Of a stretch of 64,000 nucleotides of DNA, positions 54,453-64,000 are shown piece after piece. The stretch comes from a virus. Taxonomy: Duplodnaviria; Caudoviricetes. The notes below the pieces were generated by a model. The model saw only the letters and a program-made list of their open reading frames with translations. It did not search any database and was not told where the DNA came from. How positions within the stretch are numbered: position 1 is the first letter of the stretch; every line of letters begins with the position of its first letter. The stretch covers positions 94,101 to 158,100 of IMG/VR virus record IMGVR_UViG_2706796752_000001. The stretch is one strand, 5' to 3'. The position numbers and the translations under genes were made by a program.

Positions 54453-57386
54453 TGCAAGTTAAGTTAAGACAGAACAACATTACACAGGTTATGGAAGACA
54501 TTAAGGAAGCTCATGAGGACGTTATGAGCGGAGCAATGAGGAAAGTACAGTGTGTACAATTGATTGCGGATTGCAGAGATGTCAAAATGATTCTAGTAAA
54601 TGAATTATGGGAAGAAATGTACAGGGGGTTCGATTATAATGCTTAATGTTAACGACTTTCAATTTGTAATTATTAGTAATGATACACAAGCGGTTTTCGG
54701 TTTGGATGTAGGGGAACAAAAGGAAGGCGCGATATTAATGTATGACCTTAACGTGTACCTTTTAGCAGGTCTGGAGAACGGGGAATATGTTGATAGATTC
54801 AATTACTCTAATAGAGCCGAGGACGAGGCAAGGGCGGCGTATATGGTTTGGTTTGCGTGGTCTAATAGTCTACGTGAAGAACTAGAGTTAAAAGGCTTCT
54901 CAATGGCTAGTAACAAGGTTACAACGAAAGTGCAATGTTTAATAGAGGAAGCACAGGAGGAGTTAAACAAATGAGCATGCGAGGTAGTTTAAAAATTGTT
55001 GTGTGTATCGGGTTTATGGGTGGAGTTATTTGGGGAATGGCACAATTCTTAGAAATTATGAATTAATTTAAAATAGGGGTTGAAACCCCCTTACATACAT
55101 GGTACAATGATTACAGGTTAACAAATACATATAAAAAAGGATGGTAGTTACATATGAATAAAACAATTAGTATGGTTGATGTAGTGGCAGAGGTTCAAGA
55201 GGTTAAGGGCTGGGAAGTTAGCAACGTTCACCCAACTTATATGAACATTACTAATGAAAAAGGTCACAGTCTGTATGTTCAAATTAATTCGTTAACGAAA
55301 GATATTGTTATTGCAGCTCGACATAATGAACGTATAACGGAGACAGTAACGGCTATAGGAAATAATCGTCCTATAATGGATGTTATCGCGGCGATGGTTG
55401 ACACGTTTGATGCTATCGAAGAAATTAAAAGTAAAGGTATAAACTGGGTTTGTTACGTTCGTAAAATTAAGATAGATGATTTGTAAAATAAAGTGTTGAC
55501 AGTTTCAAAGGTTACATGATACAATGATTACAGGTTAAGAAAACAACAAATTAATAGGAGGTAGTTACATATGACTACAGACAGAATTCAAAAAGGTGAA
55601 GAACTGGTTATCATCAATACAACCATGTTTAACAAGAAATACAAGGCGGTACACATGGAAACAGTTGTTGTGACTGACATTACAAGCATTGATGAGGGTG
55701 TTGTCGAATGTAAGTATTCTGGTTATAATTTTGCTGGTGATTTAACAGAAACGCTTGTCTTACCACTAGTAATCCTTAAGCGTAAAAATCAATTGGACGA
55801 TGATGAGTATGACATGTACTTAGAAGTTAATAAGAATAAACTATTTTCTTCTAAATCCACTGAGATTGCTCATATAATCATCAAAGAGTACAAAGAATAT
55901 GGACATGTTCATAATAGCCGTATAAGTGAACTATGCAACACTATTGCAGGGCTTTACGAGTTCGATAAACATAATTTTATGTCTCTGGTTTTATCACAAG
56001 TAATCACAATCACAAAAACTATGAAAGAGGGAAAATAATATGTATACATTAAACGATGAGTTAATCAAAGGTCAAGTATGGTTTGAGGACGCTGTAGAAA
56101 TGTTAAATGAAGGAATCGCGGTAACTGTTGAGGTTAATGGTTACGATTATGAAATTGACCTAGCTGCAAACTATATAGGTGGTGACCACTTACCAGATGA
56201 TGAATTTATTAGCGAAGTACTAGGGAACGTACATTACAACGGTGCTGAGAATGTTATTTTTAAAACAGTAGATTACCTACTTAATGGACATAGTATAGAA
56301 GATATTAATGTAACGTTTTAATAAATAGGGGCTTGTCAGCCCCTTGCGTATATGATACAATGATTACAGGTTAAGAAAACAAATACAAATTAAAGGATGG
56401 TAGATGAATATGACAAACGTAATTAGAAGACAATGGGACACTTTAGGATTTGCGGGTAAAAACTACGTGACAAACGAAGATGAAACGATGGTGTATGTGT
56501 TAGAATCTTACAGTCAGTTAGACATGAGTCAAGGGTTTGGACTTAATGTATCAATGGAACTAATTGCAGGATGGGAATATATTGACATTGACTATAGTGA
56601 CCGTCAAGGGTGGGCGTCTAAAGAGTCATTTGTAAACGAGACGCACAATGAAGACTTCACATTCTATCCGATGGTTGAAACATTAAAAGAGGCAATAGAG
56701 GAAGCTGGATTTAAACTATTATCTACATTCGATGAAAGCCGTATAGTTAAGGTTTTGGGTGGAGAAGATGAATAACGGCGACAGCCTTACAAATGGTGAC
56801 GGCTGGGAATATTCAAGCGAAAACTTTGACCGTAATACACTCATCGTTAGATGGTGGGTGTATTGGTCGGGGTGGATAGATGAGCAATTCCCAGAACATG
56901 ACCCTATTGAATTCTTGAAAGTACCAGTTAAATATAAATGTTGGGGTAAAGGGGTGCAGGACAATGACAGGAACGTTGTTATGTTTAAATACTGAGACAA
57001 GCCTTTTCATGGGTGAAGGCTTACCAACTGGAGCTATTACCGAGATGTATGGAACGGCTCTGGATTATGCGGCACAGTATGCAGGGTTTTACGGGTCAAT
57101 ACAAGACGTTGTTTACAACGGTGATAGTTTACTATCTTATGATTATTGTGATGCTGAGGTTAGGGTTTTAGCCGCGTACAGCGGTGTAGGCACTTCTAAG
57201 ATTATAGCAGATGAACAGGAGCATTTAAACAGCTATCTAGAGTGGTTGACAAAAGAAACATTATGGTGTAACATGGTATACGGCGCTAATCCTAGCGAAC
57301 TAGCAAAAACGTTTAGAGATTTAGAGTTTGAAAGTTTGGTAGAAATGTTAGGTACAACAAACTATTATAAAGGGTGGTCGTTATAA
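54452..57386 (+). CDS. Early hypothetical proteins (54452-54646, ~54639-54974, 55154-55486, 55571-56038, 56040-56321, 56404-56775, 56759-56995, ~57009-57386)
   Basis: Cassettes behind repeat promoters. Confidence 0.6.
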
Positions 57387-57985
57387 TGACAGAGGTAGTG
57401 TTAACAAACGCAGAGGAAACGGACAAAATTTTATTCGTTAGTGATTTAATTAAATCATTCCAACGTATACAGAAAGGTAAACAGTTCCGTTTCTGGTATA
57501 GAGATGTGCAGCATGTAGACAAGCCCCTAAAATCTGTTGATGGTAGAATAGCAAATTCGTTTATACAATCTTTCGATGTTAAAAGCGCGTTTGATGAAAT
57601 AACAAACATTCAATATCAGAATGTTGAACAAATTGTATTCCTTGAGAATGGTTCTATGTATGATTTACGCGCTGATTTGTTTAAACATGCGCTTGACATT
57701 ACAGAAACAGCACTATTTAAATACCTTACCAACATTGATGAGAAGCGCATATTGATTACTGTAATAGCTAAAGACATGAATTACAAGATTATTAGAATTA
57801 TTACAGGGCGAATTGATGTTGTGAACGCGGAAAGTGAAGTCGTTGTTGTTAGACATGATGACTCGCCTAGCCAGTGTACAGAAATTGGATTCGAAGAAGT
57901 TATGAGCATTCAAGAACGATTACAAAATGAAGATAGCATTGAGTTTACTTTCATTAATAATAACTTGTGGAGGTCTACAAAATGA
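57386..57985 (+). CDS. Tandem YolD/WYL-like (SH3-fold) domain protein
   Basis: Two repeats of strand-Y..G.I..strand..I.(Y/F)..V..I. Confidence 0.5.
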   Translation: MTEVVLTNAEETDKILFVSDLIKSFQRIQKGKQFRFWYRDVQHVDKPLKSVDGRIANSFIQSFDVKSAFDEITNIQYQNVEQIVFLENGSMYDLRADLFKHALDITETALFKYLTNIDEKRILITVIAKDMNYKIIRIITGRIDVVNAESEVVVVRHDDSPSQCTEIGFEEVMSIQERLQNEDSIEFTFINNNLWRSTK

Positions 57986-58395
57986 CGAATACGCATACGG
58001 GCTCTATGTGGGACTTTATGCCCACGTTAGATGAAAAGAAGACAATTGCACCAGCTCCGGAGGTAATCGCGCACAGCGAGCCTCTGGAGCCCTCAAAAGT
58101 CATTATGGATGAGCTTACCTTTAAAACCGACTTACTAGATAAAGTTTTGTTGTCTTTAGAGGTTAATACAGTACGTGTTATATACATCGATAGTAGTAAA
58201 AAGCAGAATTATAGCATAGTTGATGGAATTATACAAGGGAAACTTGACGGTAAACTAATTGTTAAACATCAAGTAAACTATGACTTGACACATATTGACT
58301 TTGTTGATATCATTATCATTGCCGAGTTAGGGAATCATACATTTTACGACTTTGACAAGCGTTACCAAGACTATAGAGAAAAGGCGGGGGAATAA
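57982..58395 (+). CDS. YolD/WYL-like domain protein
   Basis: VRVIYID..IVDGII..LIVKH..IDFVDIIII. Confidence 0.5.
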   Translation: MTNTHTGSMWDFMPTLDEKKTIAPAPEVIAHSEPLEPSKVIMDELTFKTDLLDKVLLSLEVNTVRVIYIDSSKKQNYSIVDGIIQGKLDGKLIVKHQVNYDLTHIDFVDIIIIAELGNHTFYDFDKRYQDYREKAGE

Positions 58396-58396
58396 C

Positions 58397-60011
58397 ATGG
58401 CTGGACGTATTATGGAGTTATCTATACCTTTTAATGGTGAAGGGTTTGAAAAAACTGGTAAGATAGTGTATACTTTTGATAAGGATACTATTGTTTTTAA
58501 ACAAGTATGCGAGGTTCGCAACAGTGATTTGATTTACACTAAGATTACTACAATTGTAGACCGTGCACAATTCGAAAAAGGTGTTGACAAATTAAAGGGA
58601 ACTAATTATGTATGTTTCCGTGACCACAACGACGAAATTACAATATCAATCGACATTAAGGTTCGTTTGACAGACGGTAAACGCGAAATTGTAGCCGATG
58701 TACGTATGTATCATTTAGGAAAGAATATAACAGGAGAAGTGACTGTGACACTTGACAAACTAGAGTTAATGTGCAGCGAAATTACACGCAATCAACGGAT
58801 TATGGATAACGAGTTAACACAGGAGGTTGTTAATTAATGGTTAAACGGTTAACAGATAGAGAAATAAGCATGGTGCACGCTGGTTTTACGCCTACTGATG
58901 ATAATAAGGTATCATTCTCTTTAACCGAGGAGGAAAGCAATACCTTATATTGTTCTCTCATTGTATATAATAAAGAGTCCTTAAAACGTTTGTTCAATAA
59001 GTCCAGAGTGTACGAGCTAATATATGAGGACTTGGAACAACTCGTAATTTCTTTAGGGCAAACAACAAACAACGATGTAAAACGTGTATGGGACATTCTA
59101 GAGTTTAATACAGCTCAACAACACCCCGTGGACGGATGGGTAACAGGAGGACGAACGCCCCGCGACGGTGGTTACCGCTTGTTTCTTATGTTAGAAAATG
59201 CATACGTTTACTTCTCTGGGAAGGATATTGAATACAATGACTGAAATATATCGTAATTACATTGTATCCAAGCGTATCAAGGAAACACCAGCAAACTTTT
59301 TTGATGCTGTACTAGATTTACACGCGAAAACAGAGTTCATAAATCTAACGTATCGTGAGTATGACGGGGCTTTATATACACATGTTTGCAGAGTCGTAGA
59401 AGTGTGTGACCGTGTACTTATCATTGAGCGACTACCACACGCATATGAGGTTGAGACAGGTGCTCCAGCTGGTAAACTAATCGATACTATAGTGAAGATG
59501 GATGCTATTGTCAAGCTAGAGAAAAGACAGTATGTAAATGATAGTGTTTATGATAAATACTATACAGCGTTATGGGACGAGATGGACGACGCTGAGGGAT
59601 TAAATAGATTTATTGAGGACTTATAAAAAAGTGTTGACGGTCTATTTCATGTGTGGTAATCTAAGCTTGTACTTAATTATAAGGAGGTTGCTACACATGA
59701 AAGTAGAACGTTTAGAGCTATATGCAATGTTAGCACTTGCTAGACATATTAAGTCTAGCATGAATCTAGCTGTAAAGCATAATTGGAATTGTACAGTAAC
59801 AAAATATAGTTCTGTTGAGGTTAAAGACGCGTACCGTTATACAGGTAACGAGTTTAAAAGTATTAGTCAGTTTTATGCAATCTGTTACAAATTAAGAGAT
59901 AAGGGGCTTATCTTCCTTACTGTTGGTAACAGGTATAATAAGTCTTGGATGAGCTTTAAACATGAAGGTATCGACATAATGAAACAATATAAAAAAAGTG
60001 CTTGCAAGTAA
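58397..60011 (+). CDS. Early proteins 58397-58837, 58837-59244, 59237-59626 (YolD-like), 59697-60011 (winged-helix-like)
   Basis: RBS-supported; promoter TTGACG(59634)-17-TAATCT fixes the start at 59697. Confidence 0.55.
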
Positions 60012-60077
60012 TATACAGACATGATACAATGAAGTCAGTTAAGAAATACAAAAAAAAATATAAGGTGGTAGTTACAT

Positions 60078-60503
60078 ATGAAAGAATTAAAAGCGGTTGT
60101 GGAAATGGTTAGTCTTGGTTGTGTGTGCTCTGGTACGGATTACATGAATGTTGGTGTTACTGCTGAAGAAAACATTTCAATCTTAATGCATGATGACATG
60201 GGCGAAACGGTTGAGCGTATTGAGCGCCAACTAACACCAGAGCAAACAGCAGCCTTTACAGATAAAATCATGCAACTTCTATTGTCAATGTATCAAAATA
60301 CTGGTGTTATGGGAAATATGGTTGAACGTATCGTACATGATGAAATTAATGATATTGATTTGCGTATCGGTCATGATGTTGAGGAACAGGAAGTTTTGAT
60401 TGAGCTTAATGGCACAGGAGTTATCCTTGTACTTGAACAAATTGAAAAGATTATGGACTTAATCCAAAAGGATAGAGTTAAAGGAAACATTTCTTTCAAT
60501 TAA
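60078..60503 (+). CDS. Cys-x-Asp family paralog (two-domain form)
   Basis: LGCVCSGTDYMNV..QLTPEQTAAF..ILVLEQIEKIM. Confidence 0.7.
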   Translation: MKELKAVVEMVSLGCVCSGTDYMNVGVTAEENISILMHDDMGETVERIERQLTPEQTAAFTDKIMQLLLSMYQNTGVMGNMVERIVHDEINDIDLRIGHDVEEQEVLIELNGTGVILVLEQIEKIMDLIQKDRVKGNISFN

Positions 60504-60596
60504 TTAAAATAAGGGGTTCACAGCCCCTTTCATATATGATACAATGAAGTCAGTTAAGAAATACATAAACAATTAAATAAATGGAGGTAGTTACAT

Positions 60597-61138
60597 ATGA
60601 AAATCAAACAAATCTTGCTAAGTAATGGTACTGTAGTAGAAAAGGCTTTTCCAACTAAGATTGAGGAAGTTACAAGCATCTATGAACTAGGTCTTGATGT
60701 TGTGGAGGAAAAGGAAAGATTATATAAGGCTATTCGTTTAGCTCCTACGGACATGCGTTATAGTGAGTTTGTTAAGTACCGTAAAGCATGGGTTAAGGAA
60801 ATTATTGAATTGGAAACACTTTATAAAAATGTTTGCTATGCATACCACAACGAGCCGTTACCCGAGGTTATGGCACGTAAAAATGAATTTTTCACTGTAG
60901 GAGGTGTTGCTCTATGAAACCAGCTAATAAATTAGAATATGTACATGCAATTGATAATGAATTAAGGTTTTTACCGCATAACATTAAGGTGTCAAGAGTT
61001 TGGAATGGTGCAGACTTTTGCGGAGAACAAAAGGCAGAAACATTTGTCAATTTGTTAGGTGAAGGGGATTATAAGAAAGCTGCTACAAAGTTTACTAAAG
61101 AAGAATTACAAGGTATTTGGTATTTCGCGCAACACTAA
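60597..61138 (+). CDS. Early hypothetical proteins (60597-60917, 60914-61138)
   Basis: Behind repeat promoter 60517. Confidence 0.65.
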
Positions 61139-61170
61139 ACTAAAACAATTATAAAGGATGGTAGATTATA

Positions 61171-61910
61171 ATGACAAAAGTAAATGAATTTCATATCGTA
61201 TGTGATGTACTGGAAAGTGATAATTTAACAGTGGCAATGAATGACAAAGGCATGACGAACATATTCATGCATGTAATCTTTAATGAGGAGCCACTTACAA
61301 AGCATCAACTACTATCACGTGTTGAGACGTTACACCTTATCAAAACATTATCTATCTGTATGTATGAAGATGTACATGAAGAAATTAACAAAGGTTATGA
61401 AATTAAGGATACAGTTGCAATTGTATCAGACGCAGCTAGAAAGCGCGCATACATCTATATAGGTGTTGACGCTATAGCCTTGAACCGTACAACGTGCAGG
61501 AAGTTTAGAGATGAGTTAGAAAGGGGGTTAAACGCATGAGACATCAAAAAGACGTTTCTATTTGTTTAATCTGTGAGGAGTTCAACAACGATACATTGAC
61601 CCTCACTAAGTCATCTAATACAAGTGATTTAAAACTTGAATTCGTATTCATTAGAGATGTACAAGACAGTAGGCACAAGCGTATCAAGTATACAGTATTA
61701 TTGGACAAGAAAGAAGAAAATATACTATACGATTACATTGACGGGGTTAACATTGATAACAGCATTCGTTTTGATGATGGTACAAACGAGTTAGAAGTGT
61801 CAATTGATAACTGGAATGAAACTATCACGTTCTCATACAACAGTAGTGACATTGTAGCATCACAAGACAGTAAACAAACAATTCTAGATTTGTTAGATTG
61901 GGGGATTTAA
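61171..61910 (+). CDS. Two Cys-x-Asp family paralogs (61171-61539, 61536-61910)
   Basis: IVCDVLESDNLTV and LICEEFNNDTLTL N-termini; two-domain layout. Confidence 0.65.
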
Positions 61911-62112
61911 CAAATGAGAGCTAAGCTATACGCAGGATTAGAAGGTATTGAGAAGGTTAAGGAAGTATTAACAAGGGCGTGTATTCAAGAAGAAATAAGC
62001 ATGGAACAATGGACAAAGATTAATAATCATTTAGAGAATGCACACATAAGTGTAGTAAGAGCAATCAACTTCGATAAGTCGGAGGAATAGAGAGAGAATA
62101 CGAGGTATAATA

Positions 62113-63910
62113 ATGTTAGGTCTGTACAAGTCAGAGGAGATAACAAGCTATGATGTTATCATGAAAACACTAGCAAGAACAAGAGACACACAATTCTTTA
62201 TGGTAACACATATTCGACGTAAAGAGGGGAAACAAGAAAGAAAGTTCTTAGTAACAACAGTGTACAAGCTACATGAGATTGTATACAGTACAGCGTTAAA
62301 GGTAACACATATTCGATTCGTTGACTATGAGGGGAATATATTAGTTATCCCCATGGAAGATATATTGATTATCAAATCATGTACTTAAACTAAACGATAT
62401 GAAAGGAGCATATATCATGACAAAAGAAAAGGAACTAGCAATATGTTTATCATTAGTAGACTTATTAAAAGAGCTTACAATAAAAGATGGCAAGATATAC
62501 GTATACATTGTTACATCTGATTACGGATATGATAAGAATGAATTTGAAGGGGTGTATAGTACAGAGGAGAAAGCAAAGGCTAGATGTGATAAAGCAAACA
62601 AAGACCTCGGGGGAAATATCTTCAGCTACGAAGAATATTATCTAAACGAAGACTAAACAATAAATAGTATATAACACATAATGAAAGGGTGTAGGTGTAT
62701 ATGACAAAAAGAAACAAAGTAAATGATATAAGTACTTGGACAGATAAAGAACTAGATACGCAAATCGTTACACTAGAACATATCATCAAACGGAGTAAGG
62801 AAAGATTAAAACAACTGAGAGAAGAAGAACACAGACGCGATAATATCAGCGCATACTTTAATAAAGATGATATGATAACACAAGGATTAGTACATGCGGG
62901 TATCATTAGAAAGAAAAGAAACAATACCAACAATGATAGAGCTATTAGAGAAAGACAATTCATAAACAGTTCAATACAAGGGGGAATGTAATATGTTAAC
63001 GGTAACCTTGATTGATGTACTATCAGGTGTAAAGGAAAAGAGAGACTTCTCAAACGAAGAATCACTACAAAAGTATTTATCAAGAAATCCATTCGTAATT
63101 GTAAAGAGAGGTGCTTAATATTATGTATAGTTTCGAAGGTCATGAGTTAACCGTGGTTAAACGTTTAGCATTAAAGCATATCATGTTATATTTACAAACA
63201 GGGCATACGGATTATACAATCAATGTAGACACTGTAAAAGAACTAAGCATTAAAGAACAAGTATGGATACAGAAAGCAACTGAATCAATCAAAGACATTA
63301 AGCAACTCAATTGTAACTTCAACAGCTTTGATGAGGCAATAGGCTGGATGCTTATACACATCAAACGAGAGTTCGAACAAACACTAAAAGAAACAACAGT
63401 ATTCGCGCACCCACTAGAAGAACGTGTATTTGTAACAGTGCCAATTGATGAGGCAATTACATTAATACAAACGGTAATAGATATTCGATTACACTCAATG
63501 AATAATAAAAACAAAGATAACGTAAAATATAACCATCCCGTGTATAGAGCAATTACAAAGGTATTAGAAGAACAAAGAGCACGTGATAAAAGAATAGAAC
63601 TATATAAGGAGGTTATGTCATGACAATCAGATACTATTCATCAGTAGAGGTTATGGACTGGAATGAAATAGCAGAGGTATTAAAAGAGGATGTATCACAC
63701 TTTCATATCGTATACAAAGAGTATAAGAAGGTAGGGGCAAATGATACGTTAAAGGAGTTTGTTACATCAGACCTAGTTAAACTAGAACGTATTATATATG
63801 ATGTACAAGAACAAGCGGCATCATGGGTAGAGTTCACAGGTAATAACAGCGAGACATTGTCACTTCCTTTGTATGAGATTATAAACGTTAAAGGGATTAC
63901 ATTACACTAG
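62113..63910 (+). CDS. Hypothetical proteins 62113-62388 and 63620-63910 (paralog pair, YolD/Sm-like), plus 62417-62656, 62701-62991, 63111-63623
   Basis: LYKSEEITSYDVI.. versus YYSSVEVMDWNEI..; IPMEDILII versus LPLYEIINV. Confidence 0.55.
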
Positions 63911-64000
63911 AGCAACAATAGCTATTATATAACCATGATTAACAAAGCTTAACACTTATATACTTTGAGAGCCTACGAATAACTAACATTGACAAGCCTC

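Larger units (their letters stand above)
50114..60597 (+). repeat. Array of 11 early promoter+leader+RBS repeats (TTGnnn-17/18-TGaTACAAT-gattacagGTTAAGAAA-A-rich-AAGGTGGTAGTTACATATG)
   Basis: -35 boxes at 50114, 51625, 51913, 52356, 53456, 53924, 55080, 55496, 56333, 60002, 60517; looser relatives at 49868 and 59634. Confidence 0.92.

Noticed and set aside
50114-60597. CRISPR array or integron attC sites
   Set aside because: The repeats are promoters/RBS separated by whole genes of variable length; no cas or integrase genes are in the window.
1383-63514. All minus-strand ORFs in the track (e.g. 1383-1745, 7863-8246, 31444-31869, 37721-38143, 49674-49889, 62622-63143)
   Set aside because: They are antisense shadows of well-supported + strand genes or span terminators; they lack RBS and have Ser/Leu/Phe-rich shadow composition.
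1-64000. tRNA or rRNA genes
   Set aside because: No cloverleaf with a T-loop (GTTCRA) in a non-coding context was seen, and the intergenic gaps are explained by promoters, terminators and the ribozyme.

Overview
A 64-kb segment of a large, AT-rich lytic phage genome with all genes on the + strand. The gene order and sigma-A-type promoters point to a Herelleviridae (SPO1/Bastille-like) myovirus of a Bacillus-group host; this is an inference, not a database assignment. Left part (1-33 kb): nucleotide metabolism and replication genes, namely RNR beta subunit, NrdI-like flavodoxin, a frameshifted thioredoxin, an HU/TF1-like protein, DNA polymerase A split by a 239-nt ORF-less group I intron, UvsY-like, SSB, RecA, a sigma factor, holin, a metallophosphoesterase and MazG. 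Middle part (33-49.7 kb): accessory genes, including a sporulation-type sigma factor, an Apyc1-like metallo-beta-lactamase and two tandem Tad2-like sponge proteins. Right part (49.9-64 kb): an early 'host-takeover' region built from about 11 near-identical promoter+leader+RBS repeats, each heading a 1-few-gene cassette. The most striking unannotated signals are (i) a complete pistol self-cleaving ribozyme at 52269-52341, wedged between a stop codon and the next early promoter; (ii) promoter repeats whose -35 box sits in a hairpin loop; (iii) a strand-polarised TAGTAGCTCACTAG motif that piles up just before 49.7 kb; and (iv) two expanded paralog families, one promoter-proximal Cys-x5-6-Asp family and one YolD/WYL-like. 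All homology calls are from motif recognition and memory, with no searches run.
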